From the NCBI GenBank assembly GCA_016783665.1, contig JADHWC010000005.1, forward strand, positions 1 through 53,214: a DNA stretch of 53,214 bases, in the 5' to 3' direction. Shown here piece after piece: positions 22,500-33,443 of this stretch. The position numbers were made by a program, and so were the translations under genes. The number at the start of each line of letters is the position of its first letter. Within the stretch, counting starts at the first letter, position 1. This stretch comes from Fidelibacterota bacterium. Its GTDB lineage: Bacteria; Fidelibacterota; UBA2242. The notes under the pieces were generated by a model. The model saw nothing but the letters and a program-made list of their open reading frames with translations. It was not told the DNA's origin and made no database searches.

Positions 22500-23426
22500 A
22501 TGAAAGTAATTTTTATGGGAACTCCGGAATTTGCAGTTCCGGGTTTAAAAGCAATTGCTGAATCCCGGCATGATGTTGTCCTTGTCGTTACAGGACCGGA
22601 TGTCCCCGCCGGTCGTGGACGGAATCTGCTGGAATCTCCTGTTAAATCCTTTGCTAAGGAATTGAGCATTCCCATATTACAACCACTGTCATTAAAATCA
22701 TCTGAGTTTATTGGACAATTGAAACATTATAATGCCGATATTATAGTTGTGGTCGCATTCAAAATACTGCCTGATGAAGTTATTGATGTGACGCCGAATG
22801 GCGCTATTAATTTGCATGCGTCATTATTACCAAAATACCGGGGCGCGGCGCCAATCAACTGGGCATTGATCAATGGCAATACGCAAACCGGAATTACTAT
22901 TTTTCAAATAAAATCAAAAGTTGATACAGGAGACATACTCCTGCAAGAATCGATCGACATTTCTGATCAGGATACCTACGGAAGTATGCACGAACGCTTA
23001 TCTCATATAGGTGCGAAAGCTCTGGTAGATTCTCTGGATCATATTGAAAGTGGAGACATCCAGACGATTCCACAGTGTCATGATTTAGCCACTAAGGCGC
23101 CTAAAATCTATCCTCAGATGGGTGAGATTGATTGGGGAAAAAGCGCCGAATCCATTAAACATTTAATCCATGGACTATCTCCGGCTCCGGGTGCGTACTG
23201 TTATTACAAAAAAAAACGAATTAAGCTGTTGAAAGCCGAATTTAGCGAGGAAACTTTGCCGTGTATTCCGGGCACAATTGTTCGTCGCACTAAAACACAA
23301 TTAGGAATTCAGACCGGGCGGGGAGTTCTGTACCCGCTGGTATTACAGGCGGAAGGTCGAAAAGCACTACCGGTTGCCGAATTTCTGAGAGGTTTTCAAA
23401 CCAAGCCAGGAGATTCATTTCGTTAG
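22500..23426 (+). CDS. fmt: Methionyl-tRNA formyltransferase
   Basis: FMGTPEFA, NLHASLLPKYRGAAPI. Confidence 0.97.
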   Translation: MKVIFMGTPEFAVPGLKAIAESRHDVVLVVTGPDVPAGRGRNLLESPVKSFAKELSIPILQPLSLKSSEFIGQLKHYNADIIVVVAFKILPDEVIDVTPNGAINLHASLLPKYRGAAPINWALINGNTQTGITIFQIKSKVDTGDILLQESIDISDQDTYGSMHERLSHIGAKALVDSLDHIESGDIQTIPQCHDLATKAPKIYPQMGEIDWGKSAESIKHLIHGLSPAPGAYCYYKKKRIKLLKAEFSEETLPCIPGTIVRRTKTQLGIQTGRGVLYPLVLQAEGRKALPVAEFLRGFQTKPGDSFR

Positions 23427-24748
23427 TGAATACACGTGCCGCCGCCGCGCAAATCCTGAGTTCCTGTCAGCGTCAATATTTTAATTACGAACAAAAAATC
23501 GCCGATGCCGCTAATAGATTAAGCTTTTCCCAAAAAGACCGGGATTTTTTATACATCCTTGTGAAAGGTGTCATATTATACCGGGAATATCTCGATCATG
23601 TGATCAGGATGATTCTGAAGAGTCCCATCAAACGGCTTGAAAAAATTGTTTTAAACCTTTTACGTGTCGGAACCTTTCAGCATCTCATCCTGGAGACTCC
23701 TTTATATGCAATAACGAATGAAACAGTCAGAGCTGCCAAAGACCTGAACAAATTTCGGGCAGTTGGTTTGATTAACGCAGCCCTTCGCCACCTTCCGTCG
23801 AAAGAGGAGTTGGAAACCCATTTCCGGCAGCTTCCGGTGAACGAGTTTCTCGCTATCCGATATTCCCATCCTCAGTGGTTGATAGACCGATGGATATCGG
23901 AATACGGACGACAAAATACAGAACAAATCGCCGAATTTAATAACAGCTATCAGGAAATATACTTCCGGCATAATCCTGTTCTGATTTCATGGGAAAATCT
24001 GCAAGACCGGCTGTTAGAGGAAAAGTATAGTATTGATATTGTAAGTAGTGATCCGATTACCTTTTTTAGTGTCGATAAACCGGGTGTACTATTAAAAAGC
24101 GATATGTTCAGGAGGGGATTTTTATCTGTTCAGGATATTAGCCAGTCACTGGCGGTTCGGCTGTTGGACCCCAAATCCGGTGAAACGATAATTGACGCCT
24201 GTGCCGCCCCCGGAGGAAAAACCGGGTTTATAGCTCAATTAACCGGATCTTCCGGAAATATTTACGCCTATGATATTTCCCCGGTTAAAGTCAGACTGCT
24301 GAAAAATGAAATCTTTCGTTTAGGGATTGATTTTGTAAATTACGGCGTTGCCGATGCCCGAACAGACAGTTTTCCAATGGCTGATAAGATTTTGCTGGAT
24401 GTTCCTTGTTCGGGAACCGGAGTTCTGGCACGCAGGGCGGATTTGCGCTGGAACAGGAAACGTGAGGATATAGAAAAATTGTTTGATATTCAGCGGCAGA
24501 TTTTAGCGAATGTGGTTCATTATTGTAAGCCAGGCGGGATTTTTGTTTACAGTACCTGTTCGATTGAACCGGAAGAAAATTGGTCGAACATTGAATGGTT
24601 TTTGCGGAGTCATCCTGCGTTTAAAAGAGAATCCGCCGAACGCTATATTGAAAGTAAGTGGTGTAATGAAAATGGAACTGTAGCGATTCTTCCTCATGTT
24701 CATCGGCAAACCGGAAGTTTCGCAGTTCGGCTCGCAAATAAAGGATAA
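23426..24748 (+). CDS. rsmB: 16S rRNA m5C967 methyltransferase
   Basis: NusB-like N-terminus, DACAAPGGKT, DVPCSGTG, YSTCS. Confidence 0.93.
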   Translation: MNTRAAAAQILSSCQRQYFNYEQKIADAANRLSFSQKDRDFLYILVKGVILYREYLDHVIRMILKSPIKRLEKIVLNLLRVGTFQHLILETPLYAITNETVRAAKDLNKFRAVGLINAALRHLPSKEELETHFRQLPVNEFLAIRYSHPQWLIDRWISEYGRQNTEQIAEFNNSYQEIYFRHNPVLISWENLQDRLLEEKYSIDIVSSDPITFFSVDKPGVLLKSDMFRRGFLSVQDISQSLAVRLLDPKSGETIIDACAAPGGKTGFIAQLTGSSGNIYAYDISPVKVRLLKNEIFRLGIDFVNYGVADARTDSFPMADKILLDVPCSGTGVLARRADLRWNRKREDIEKLFDIQRQILANVVHYCKPGGIFVYSTCSIEPEENWSNIEWFLRSHPAFKRESAERYIESKWCNENGTVAILPHVHRQTGSFAVRLANKG

Positions 24749-24775
24749 CCATCATAATAATGTTGGATTGTTAGT

Positions 24776-25522
24776 ATGACAGTAAAGATGCGTAATTGGA
24801 TACGATTTTTATTGGTGTTTTTTATATTCACGCTCGTATTTGTAGTGATTGTTGATAAATTTGTGTTGCCGGTTTATGTTAGGCATGGCGAGGAGATTCC
24901 TCTTGTAGATGTACGGGGACGTTCCTTCGATGAATCCTTAATAATTTTAACGATGGTCGGATTCTCTGTCGAAGTGAGTGATTCTCTGGAGAATGCCGAT
25001 TATCCGCCGGGAACCGTTATCGATCAGCAACCTCCTCCAGGAACGCTTGTTAAAAAAGGGCGTATGGTACGGGTAGTAATCACCAGAGGTGAACACTTTT
25101 TCACGATGCCGAATCTGGTGGGAAAAGTGTTAAAAGCAGCAAGTCTTAATTTACAGCGCTATCATATTGTAACAGACTATATATCCTATGAATTTTCATC
25201 GGATAAGCCGCGGGGCGTGGTATCCGCTCAGTCTCTTCGACCGGGATTGATGGTTTCTCAGAATGATAGCATCTCACTTGTTGTCAGTAAAGGACCGCCT
25301 CCCCGTCAGTTGGAGGTTCCCGACTTGTTTGGATTGAATCTTGAGGAGGCTAAAGCACTGATCCGTAAAGAGGGCTTCAAAATGGGAACTATCCGCTACA
25401 TTCCGAATGATGATCTCGTGGCTTATACTGTCATTGAACAAGATCCCGAATACGGTATCCTGTACGATAATCCGGTGCGTATTAATCTGGAAGTGACAAT
25501 TGCGCCCCACTCAGAGGAATAA
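24776..25522 (+). CDS. PASTA-domain membrane protein
   Basis: N-terminal TM plus three PASTA repeats (VIDQQP, MPNLVG, VPDLFG). Confidence 0.88.
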   Translation: MTVKMRNWIRFLLVFFIFTLVFVVIVDKFVLPVYVRHGEEIPLVDVRGRSFDESLIILTMVGFSVEVSDSLENADYPPGTVIDQQPPPGTLVKKGRMVRVVITRGEHFFTMPNLVGKVLKAASLNLQRYHIVTDYISYEFSSDKPRGVVSAQSLRPGLMVSQNDSISLVVSKGPPPRQLEVPDLFGLNLEEAKALIRKEGFKMGTIRYIPNDDLVAYTVIEQDPEYGILYDNPVRINLEVTIAPHSEE

Positions 25523-26181
25523 TGTTAATAATGGAAATTGTACCATCACTATTATCAGCTGACTTTTCCAACCTTGCGAAAGAAATCCGCGCTGTTGAAA
25601 AAGCGGGGGCGCGTCGATTGCATCTGGATGTGATGGATGGACATTTTGTTCCCAATATTACCATCGGACCGTTCATCGTTGAAGCCATTCGTCAGCAGAC
25701 AAATCTCCATCTGGAATCCCATCTGATGATTGAAAATCCTGATAAATATATTGATGCATTCGTAAAAGCGGGGAGCGATACGGTTATTATTCATATCGAA
25801 GCCAGTAAAGATATTCGTAAGGATTTGGCGCATATCCGGGATCTGGGCGCCAATGCAGGTCTGGTACTGAATCCTCCGACTGATTTTAAAGCGATCGAGC
25901 TTCATCTGGCTTATATCGACCATCTGTTGGTCATGACGGTGGATCCGGGGTTTGGCGGACAAAAATTGATAAGAAGTTCTCTCTCGAAAGTCACATTGGC
26001 GAAACCGTATCAGGATAAATATGGTTTTTATATTGAAGTGGACGGCGGAATTAATATAAATACCCTTGCCGAAGCAAAGGCAGCCGGAACGGATCTGTTT
26101 GTCGCGGGTTCTGCCGTGTTTTCAAAGCACCAACCATATGAATCCTTTAAAGAACTATCGGAGAAATTGATCGGTGAATGA
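25522..26181 (+). CDS. rpe: Ribulose-phosphate 3-epimerase
   Basis: PSLLSADF, HLDVMDGHFVPN, EVDGG. Confidence 0.96.
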   Translation: MLIMEIVPSLLSADFSNLAKEIRAVEKAGARRLHLDVMDGHFVPNITIGPFIVEAIRQQTNLHLESHLMIENPDKYIDAFVKAGSDTVIIHIEASKDIRKDLAHIRDLGANAGLVLNPPTDFKAIELHLAYIDHLLVMTVDPGFGGQKLIRSSLSKVTLAKPYQDKYGFYIEVDGGININTLAEAKAAGTDLFVAGSAVFSKHQPYESFKELSEKLIGE

Positions 26182-26755
26182 AATTCCGAAAGGTGAGCTG
26201 GGGCGCAAAGCATTTCATTATGCAACATCACTGATTCCACTAATATATTACTTTTATATTGATAAGGATATGGCAGTTTGGATACTGATTGTTATATCGG
26301 TATTCCTGCTGGTTGCTGAATTTTCCAGAAAATTTATACCATTTTTTCGATCTTTTTACATGAAACTATTCGGAGATATGACCCGTCCCCATGAGCATAA
26401 AAATCATCTAACCGGCGCAACCTATGTATCGCTTGGTTCATTGCTGGTTGTATATCTGTTTCCTAAAAATATTGCCGTTGTGGCATTGCTATTTTTAATG
26501 GTTGGTGATCCCACCGCCTGCCTCGTCGGAATGTCTTTTGGCAAAATAAAAATTATGCGGGACAAGACCCTTGAAGGCGCTCTGTCGTTTGTTCTGGCAA
26601 GCCTGATTGTAACCTGGTGGATACCGAATGTCCCTTTTTCAGTTAAACTAATTGGCGCCTGCGTTGCCAGCTTACTCGAATTGATTCCCTGGAAATTAGA
26701 TGATAATTTGACGATCCCGTCTCTGTCGGCTCTGTTCATGTATTATATGCTATAA
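26174..26755 (+). CDS. Phytol/dolichol kinase-like (CTP_transf) membrane protein
   Basis: RKAFH, GDPTACLVG, KTLEG, DDNLTIP. Confidence 0.8.
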   Translation: MNEIPKGELGRKAFHYATSLIPLIYYFYIDKDMAVWILIVISVFLLVAEFSRKFIPFFRSFYMKLFGDMTRPHEHKNHLTGATYVSLGSLLVVYLFPKNIAVVALLFLMVGDPTACLVGMSFGKIKIMRDKTLEGALSFVLASLIVTWWIPNVPFSVKLIGACVASLLELIPWKLDDNLTIPSLSALFMYYML

Positions 26756-26768
26756 TTTTCCCAAATCT

Positions 26769-28859
26769 ATGTCATTTATAAATGCATTTTTTTTATATCT
26801 GTTACCTCTTGCAGTCATTCCGCTGGTGATCCACCTGATCGGCAGACAGCGATATTATCAACATGAATTCAGCACACTGCGCTTTTTAAAACAACTGGAA
26901 CACGACCTCATCCGAAAACTGAAAATCCGGCAGATTCTGTTATTACTGTTGAGAATATTACTGATATTATTAATCGTTTTGGTGTTTGCGAGACCATATC
27001 GAACGACCCGCTCACCCGGCATTTATGTTGGCAAGGGTGAGACATTATATCTGATAGTTGACAATTCTCTCTCGATGCAAAATCGCCTTAAGGGCATGAC
27101 TTTGATAGAGTCCGGGGTGACTGTGCTAACTATGGCTGGAAAGCACATTGATTATCCGGTTTATTTAAAATTGATCGAAACAGCCGGCGCCAATCAAATT
27201 CACGATCATGGATTAGTGACGGATCCATCTGCATTGGGAACCATTCTCGAATCCGTTAATCTGACAAATCAGCAAGGTAACATTGATTGTGCGATTCAAA
27301 CGGTCATAAACGATATAAACAGGCAAAATGAGCTATCCTCAGCTTTATGGATCTTAAGTGATTTTCAGACAGCTACATGGCAGAGTGAAGAACGTCCGGT
27401 TCATCCGCTGAATGAATTATTGGAAAAAACCAACAGCCGTCTGATTTTTTTCCCTGTTGCCGGAGAGAATAACAATGTTTCGCTTTCGTCTCTCTCATTG
27501 CCAAACCAGATTTACGAAAAGGGGCAACCCGCCTCGGTTCGGGCATTTCTGAAAAACTGGGACCGCGAGTCTTCGGAATCATCCGTGGGATTGTTTTTAG
27601 ATGACCGGAAACTCGGACAGTCGCTTGTAAGCATTCCATCCGGTAAAGAGGCGAACGTACTGTTTGAATTTATCCTGCCAGACCCGGGAATTTATAAGGG
27701 CTGTTTAAAGATCGCCGACGACAACATACTTATGGATAATACGCGCTATTTTTTAATCAATATTCCTGAAACTATCCGGGTGCTGATCGTTACGCAATAT
27801 CCGGAAGATGGCAAGTATATTAAACAAAGTCTTAGTGTGAAAGAGATGTCCGTTATCGATTCAAAAATGATCTCGTCAGGAATGTTTCCGTCAGAAGATC
27901 TTTTGCCATATGACCTTATCGTTTTTTCCAATATCGACCGGTTTCCCAAAAGTGTTATGACAAAAATACAGTACTTTATTGAAATGAATAAAGGAATTTT
28001 ATTGTTTCCGGGGAAGGATTGCAATCGGGAGGATTTTAACGCCTTCTGGAGTGATCAAATGGGATTTCCAAATTGGAGAACAATGCGGCAATCGGAAGGA
28101 AATCAGCAATTAAGAATTGGAGAAATTAAACAGGATCATCCAATTTTCAGCAATGTCTGGCGAGAGGACAAGTCGCTCATTTATTCCCCGGATTTTTATG
28201 TCATTCCGGGATTCAGTATCGGAAAGGGACATTCGGTTCTGGCGAATTTCGAAGATAATACACCGTTTATTATTGAGACGGATTTTAAAAACGGCGCCGG
28301 AATATTGCTGGCAAGTTCGCCTGTTGATAGGTGGAGCAATCTGCATCTCACCGGGTTTTTTCCGGCGCTGATGAACCGTATTGTATTTTATCTGTCGCAA
28401 AAGGGATTGCAAGAACAGGAGTATACCACCGGCGATACGCTTAAGGTGTCGGTATCGCGATATAGTACGACGGGAGATATTGCGATCCGCACTCCGGATG
28501 GTCGTTTTATAAAAGCGCCGGTAAACAATAAAGGGTACTTGTTGTTCGACAGGACTAACGAGCCGGGAATATATGATATTTCATCAAAAGGAAAACTGAT
28601 TAAACGGATTGTAGTGAACATCCCATCCCGGGAATGCATGCCTGAATTTCTGAATACAGATGATTTTAATGATTTGATATCTTCCTATCCGCAGCAGCTG
28701 GATGTGTTCACAGTAGGAGCAGAGAATGAATTCAGTCAGTTGCAGCGCAGTCGTGAATACAGCGATTGGTTAATTATGTTTGTGTTAGTTGTGGCGCTAC
28801 TAGAGAGTTATATCGGTCGGACAAACCGGAAACTGAGAGGGAAATTGATCAGTGACTGA
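26769..28859 (+). CDS. BatA-domain/vWA-like membrane protein
   Basis: N-terminal IPLVIHL...FSTLRFL double-TM motif; DNSLSM; LSDFQ; DNTRY. Confidence 0.8.
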   Translation: MSFINAFFLYLLPLAVIPLVIHLIGRQRYYQHEFSTLRFLKQLEHDLIRKLKIRQILLLLLRILLILLIVLVFARPYRTTRSPGIYVGKGETLYLIVDNSLSMQNRLKGMTLIESGVTVLTMAGKHIDYPVYLKLIETAGANQIHDHGLVTDPSALGTILESVNLTNQQGNIDCAIQTVINDINRQNELSSALWILSDFQTATWQSEERPVHPLNELLEKTNSRLIFFPVAGENNNVSLSSLSLPNQIYEKGQPASVRAFLKNWDRESSESSVGLFLDDRKLGQSLVSIPSGKEANVLFEFILPDPGIYKGCLKIADDNILMDNTRYFLINIPETIRVLIVTQYPEDGKYIKQSLSVKEMSVIDSKMISSGMFPSEDLLPYDLIVFSNIDRFPKSVMTKIQYFIEMNKGILLFPGKDCNREDFNAFWSDQMGFPNWRTMRQSEGNQQLRIGEIKQDHPIFSNVWREDKSLIYSPDFYVIPGFSIGKGHSVLANFEDNTPFIIETDFKNGAGILLASSPVDRWSNLHLTGFFPALMNRIVFYLSQKGLQEQEYTTGDTLKVSVSRYSTTGDIAIRTPDGRFIKAPVNNKGYLLFDRTNEPGIYDISSKGKLIKRIVVNIPSRECMPEFLNTDDFNDLISSYPQQLDVFTVGAENEFSQLQRSREYSDWLIMFVLVVALLESYIGRTNRKLRGKLISD

Positions 28860-30105
28860 ACGCGTATTATTGGTTGGGGTCATGACGCCGTATCGATCAC
28901 AGGAAACGGTAGAGGATCATTTAACTGAATTGGGGGATCTTGTACAAACTCTGGGATATGAAACGGTTGATCAGTTTATTGTGAAACGAAACAAAATTTC
29001 ACCATCTCTGTATATCGGCAAAGGTAAGGTTGAAGAAATCAAATCCCTGATCCCCATGCTTAATATTGACGAAGTTATCTTCGATGATGATCTGTCGCCT
29101 ACTCAATCCCGCAATCTGGAGAAAGCGCTGAATATCGAGATACGTGACAGAAGCGGGGTCATTCTTGAGATTTTTGCCAAACATGCCCGAACCAGGGAAG
29201 CCAAAACCCAGGTGGAGTTGGCGACTCTGGAATACCTGTTGCCGCGATTGACCCGGCGCTGGACTCACCTGGAACGGCAAATCGGCGGAATCGGCGTCCG
29301 CAGCGGCGCCGGTGAAACTCAGATTGAAGTTGACCGCCGTTTGATCCGTACCCGCATTTCACGATTAAAAAAAGATCTTCAGCGAATCGACCGTGAACGG
29401 GACATCCAGCGCAAAGGACGTGATGGATTTTTCCAGGTGGCGCTGGTTGGTTATACCAATGCCGGCAAATCCACGATCATGAATCTGATGACAAATGCAT
29501 CCATACTGGTGGTGGATAAACTCTTCGCTACTTTGGACACAACGGTTCGACAGTGGAAAATCGACAAGTACCATAACGTCCTGCTGAGCGATACGATTGG
29601 GTTCATCCGGAAACTGCCTCCGAACCTGGTGGCGTCATTTCGGAGTACTCTGCAGGAAACCCGGGAAGCTGATTTAATCTTAAAGGTGATCGATATCAGT
29701 AACCCGCATTGCACTGAACACTTGAAGACAGTCGATGAAATTTTAATCCAGCTGGATCTGTACAAAACACTGTCGTTAATGGTATTTAATAAAATCGATA
29801 AAATGGATGACGATATTTTTAAGCAAATGAAACGTGATTACCCCGATGCTATATTTCTTTCGGCGCTGAACAGCCTGAAGATCGATGATCTGAGACTTGG
29901 AATTCTGCAAGAACTACGACAGGATGAGCTAAAAATTAAAATGGAACTTTCACTGAACGATGTGAAATCAATCGCTATGGTCCGGGATAACTGCATTGTA
30001 TTAAACCAGAACTATAATGATCATTCGGTACAGATGGAATTTCTGTGCTATCAGCGGGTCTGGGACTGGTTGAAACAAAAACTGAATCATCATTCTCATC
30101 ATTAA
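28852..30105 (+). CDS. hflX: GTPase HflX
   Basis: GYTNAGKST, LFATLD, DTIGFI, NKID. Confidence 0.96.
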   Translation: MTERVLLVGVMTPYRSQETVEDHLTELGDLVQTLGYETVDQFIVKRNKISPSLYIGKGKVEEIKSLIPMLNIDEVIFDDDLSPTQSRNLEKALNIEIRDRSGVILEIFAKHARTREAKTQVELATLEYLLPRLTRRWTHLERQIGGIGVRSGAGETQIEVDRRLIRTRISRLKKDLQRIDRERDIQRKGRDGFFQVALVGYTNAGKSTIMNLMTNASILVVDKLFATLDTTVRQWKIDKYHNVLLSDTIGFIRKLPPNLVASFRSTLQETREADLILKVIDISNPHCTEHLKTVDEILIQLDLYKTLSLMVFNKIDKMDDDIFKQMKRDYPDAIFLSALNSLKIDDLRLGILQELRQDELKIKMELSLNDVKSIAMVRDNCIVLNQNYNDHSVQMEFLCYQRVWDWLKQKLNHHSHH

Positions 30106-30125
30106 CACACCGATTTATCGGTGTG
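30106..30125. terminator. Palindrome between convergent genes (possible terminator or REP-like element)
   Basis: CACACCGAT-TT-ATCGGTGTG. Confidence 0.45.
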
Positions 30126-30129
30126 GATT

Positions 30130-30603
30130 TTATCCACTCAGCAGAATTAACTTTCTGAGTAGCAGGCTGATTGATATTCCCCAGAAAGCGCCAATCAAAA
30201 CTTGATTTGGCGTATGACCGAGAAGTTCTATCAATTTTTCTTTATTCAAACGATGTTCGGGTGCTAATAATTCTTTGATAATCTGATTGAGGACAGTGGC
30301 TTGTTTTCCTGCGTTTTGCCTGAGTCCTGCGGCGTCAACCATGACGATAAAGGCTAAGCAGGCTGCAATCGCGAAAAGGGTGGAACTCCAGCCTTCAATT
30401 AAGCCGATCGATGTAGCCATGGCGGTGACGCTGGCGCTGTGGCTGGAAGGCATTCCTCCCATGGATAATAAAATTGAAAAATTCAAAGTTTTTTTCTTGA
30501 GGGCATAACTGATTAATTTGGCGACCTGCGCTGTAATATTTGCCAACAGTATGGCGAATATGATTTCGTATCCCGTGGAACCTATTTTCTGTAAAAAGGA
30601 CAT
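30130..30603 (-). CDS. Divergent PAP2 family (DUF212) membrane protein
   Basis: GGMPSSHSA, DAAGLR..AG.QA..LN, ELLGHTP. Confidence 0.9.
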   Translation of the reverse strand: MSFLQKIGSTGYEIIFAILLANITAQVAKLISYALKKKTLNFSILLSMGGMPSSHSASVTAMATSIGLIEGWSSTLFAIAACLAFIVMVDAAGLRQNAGKQATVLNQIIKELLAPEHRLNKEKLIELLGHTPNQVLIGAFWGISISLLLRKLILLSG

Positions 30604-30765
30604 AATTATTTTTTCCTCTTATGTCATCAAGCGTTTTCAATTTGCATGTAAGTGTACAACGGATAGCTTTGAAATGCAAAAATTTTCTCGAACAATTTCT
30701 ACATTATTATGTCTTGACATTCCTATAGAACTCGATTATTTTGTAGAAGGATTTAGGCGGACATT

Positions 30766-31596
30766 ATGGGTGAAAAAATTCGTAAACCAGTTGTAGCCGG
30801 TACATTTTATGCCGGTTCGGCTCAATCACTGGAGCATGAAGTGACAACTTACTTGCAAAATGTGGTAGACTCAGGTTTTCAGCTAAAACGCCTGTATGGT
30901 GTTATTTCTCCCCACGCCGGGTATTCCTGTTCTGCTCAAACAGCGGCTTACGGATTTCGATTGTTGCAAAATTATCCGGTAAAAACGGTTATTATCGTTG
31001 CGCCCAGCCATGGCGATTATTTTCGTGGAGTTTCCATTTTTGATGGTGAGGGCTTTGACACGCCCCTGGGAACCGTGCCGGTTGATACCGACTTTTGTCA
31101 AAGACTAAATGATAATTCAAAAATTGCCAAACTATCGGCAACCGGTCACCGCTCCGAGCATTCCCTCGAAGTGCAACTACCCTTTTTACAAAAAATTTAT
31201 CCCGACGGATTTGATCTGGTGCCGGTTTCTGTTGGCGTGACATCAGCGGAAGATCTCCGTGAATTTGCGGAAGTCTTGTTTAAAACAGCGGCAAAAGATC
31301 AGATTATGGTGGTTGCCAGCTCCGATCTTTCGCATTATTATCCTCATGAAATTGCCTGCCGGAAAGACGGGCATTTTATCAAATTGCTTGAAGACTATGA
31401 TCTGGAATCGCTGGGACAGGGCAATGACGATCAAAGTCTGGAAGCCTGTGGGCTCGGACCGATTCTGGTGTTATTGCACTTTGCCCGGCAATTTGGTTCA
31501 GCGAAATGTAAACAACTTGATTACCGGACCTCAGGTGATACCTGCGGATCGAAATCACAGGTTGTCGGATATCTGTCAGCAGCGGTATATAAATGA
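30766..31596 (+). CDS. amrB: AmmeMemoRadiSam system protein B (MEMO1 family)
   Basis: RKPVVAGTFY, PHAGY, EHSLEVQLPFLQ, SSDLSHY, VVGY. Confidence 0.9.
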   Translation: MGEKIRKPVVAGTFYAGSAQSLEHEVTTYLQNVVDSGFQLKRLYGVISPHAGYSCSAQTAAYGFRLLQNYPVKTVIIVAPSHGDYFRGVSIFDGEGFDTPLGTVPVDTDFCQRLNDNSKIAKLSATGHRSEHSLEVQLPFLQKIYPDGFDLVPVSVGVTSAEDLREFAEVLFKTAAKDQIMVVASSDLSHYYPHEIACRKDGHFIKLLEDYDLESLGQGNDDQSLEACGLGPILVLLHFARQFGSAKCKQLDYRTSGDTCGSKSQVVGYLSAAVYK

Positions 31597-32426
31597 CGGG
31601 AAAAATGAATAAAACATTTGCTCTGTTAGGAGCCAGTAAGACCGGCATAGCGTTGGCTCACTACCTTGAAAAAGCCGGGCTCGAACCGGCATTTCTTTGG
31701 AACCGGAGTTTAAAAGGAATTCAACTTGCGCGGAAATATATCCAATTTCGAAAAGAATCAGCGGACTTATCGCAAATTCCGGCGGATGTCGAATGGATAA
31801 TCATTGCCGTCAAAGATGACGCTATCGAGGAAGTTGTACAACAACTTTTAGGCGTTTTAAAAAACGGCGACGGTAAAAAAGTATTCCACACGTCCGGCGC
31901 CTGGGATTCGAAACTGCTGGAGCCTTTGCAAAAGAAAGGATGCTGGACAGGTTCGTTTCATCCATTGATTAGTATTCCTGATATAGAAACAGGATTCCGC
32001 ATGATACCCGGTTCCGTATTCAGTTGTGAAGGAGAAATCCAGAACGACCTGCTGGATCTTGCCCGGCTGATTGGTGTTACCGGAATTGCGCTGAATTCCG
32101 AACAGAAAGAAACTGTGCATCTCGGAGCTGTTTTTGTAAATAATTATGTAACGGTCATGATCCAGGCGTTAAAACAACTTGCGCGGGACAAAGGCATTTC
32201 TGACGATAACCTAAAACAGCTGCTGGAACGGCTGTCTGAGCAGGCGTTTGATAATGCCTGGAAAAAGTCCCTGAAAGACTCCCTGAGCGGTCCGGCTGTC
32301 AGGGGTGATGAAAACACCATTCAAAAACACCGCGAGCTATTAGAGAGTTTGCCGGAACTGAAGAAGCTATACGACCAGTTTTTAGCATTAACACGGCGAT
32401 TATTAGTTGAAGAAAAAAAACCTTAA
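31593..32426 (+). CDS. Rossmann-like / DUF2520 domain protein
   Basis: AVKDDAI, HTSGA, FHPL, SGPAVRGD. Confidence 0.85.
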   Translation: MTGKMNKTFALLGASKTGIALAHYLEKAGLEPAFLWNRSLKGIQLARKYIQFRKESADLSQIPADVEWIIIAVKDDAIEEVVQQLLGVLKNGDGKKVFHTSGAWDSKLLEPLQKKGCWTGSFHPLISIPDIETGFRMIPGSVFSCEGEIQNDLLDLARLIGVTGIALNSEQKETVHLGAVFVNNYVTVMIQALKQLARDKGISDDNLKQLLERLSEQAFDNAWKKSLKDSLSGPAVRGDENTIQKHRELLESLPELKKLYDQFLALTRRLLVEEKKP

Positions 32427-32446
32427 TAAAATTGGATGGATAATTT

Positions 32447-32896
32447 ATGAAGCGGATAATCATTCTGAGTTTTGTCTTGTTAAGTTTTATTCAAATAAGA
32501 GCACAGGAGCGCAAACTTTTCTGGGATGGTTACGACTGGCGAAAAATCGATCATATCTGCCGGGAGTACCCTGAATATAAGTATTGGGTCAAAAGCGCCT
32601 ATTTAAGCGGATTGTTCGATAGTAAGTTATTTTACCAGATGAAACTTAAAAGTATCACTCGCGCCTGTTCGGATTCGGTGTTTAGCGATTATCTGGAACC
32701 CGATGAAATGCGTTCGTTAATAGCTGGTCTTGATGCGTTTTATGATGATAATACAATCCGGTATTTGCCGATACCCTGTGCGCTAATCGCCACAGTGATG
32801 ATACAGCAAAACCTACCACAAGCGGAAATTGACACCTATATCAGGGATAGTAAAAAGTGGATTAATGATTTAATGGATGAAATAATCAGAGAGTGA
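32447..32896 (+). CDS. Hypothetical exported protein
   Basis: Signal peptide; fits operon; no recognisable motif. Confidence 0.65.
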   Translation: MKRIIILSFVLLSFIQIRAQERKLFWDGYDWRKIDHICREYPEYKYWVKSAYLSGLFDSKLFYQMKLKSITRACSDSVFSDYLEPDEMRSLIAGLDAFYDDNTIRYLPIPCALIATVMIQQNLPQAEIDTYIRDSKKWINDLMDEIIRE

Positions 32897-33307
32897 TTAT
32901 TCATCTTTTAATATGATCTCTCCGCAATTGGGACAAACCATATATACATTCTGCTCTCCGAAAAATCGCAAATGAGTGATCCGGTACCGGGCGGTTCCCG
33001 ACATATTGGGTCGCTGAGTAATGACGACGGCGCGGGATTTGGATTCACCCGGCTTGAGCGGAACGTCATGGACATGCAGAATCTGAACAAATTTCTTTTC
33101 AACGATTCGCTCGGAATTATCATAAATATCGATATATCCGGCGATTTCACTGACTTCATTCGTTGCCGAATTGCGGACATCAACAGTGATCCGGAGTAGA
33201 TTATTCTCCATTTGTCGGACTACCAGATCGGTGACTTCGACGGTCTCCTGAGCAGGGAGCAGATTGATGAGCAATATTATAAAAACGAATGCTAAGAGCT
33301 TTTTCAT
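32897..33307 (-). CDS. Hypothetical exported protein (Ig-like/FxLYD-like, C-terminal CxxC)
   Basis: GAGG RBS, signal peptide, IDIYD, LKPGES, CPNC. Confidence 0.6.
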   Translation of the reverse strand: MKKLLAFVFIILLINLLPAQETVEVTDLVVRQMENNLLRITVDVRNSATNEVSEIAGYIDIYDNSERIVEKKFVQILHVHDVPLKPGESKSRAVVITQRPNMSGTARYRITHLRFFGEQNVYMVCPNCGEIILKDE

Positions 33308-33443
33308 GAATACCTCTTTCAGTTAAAGAAAATTTAGATGAAAAAGGGGTAATATGCAAGTAGAGACTTTTGCTTGATTGCGAGACCTTTGATTCATAAC
33401 TTTCGGCAACGAAAAAAATCCGGATGACACAGGAGTTCCAAAT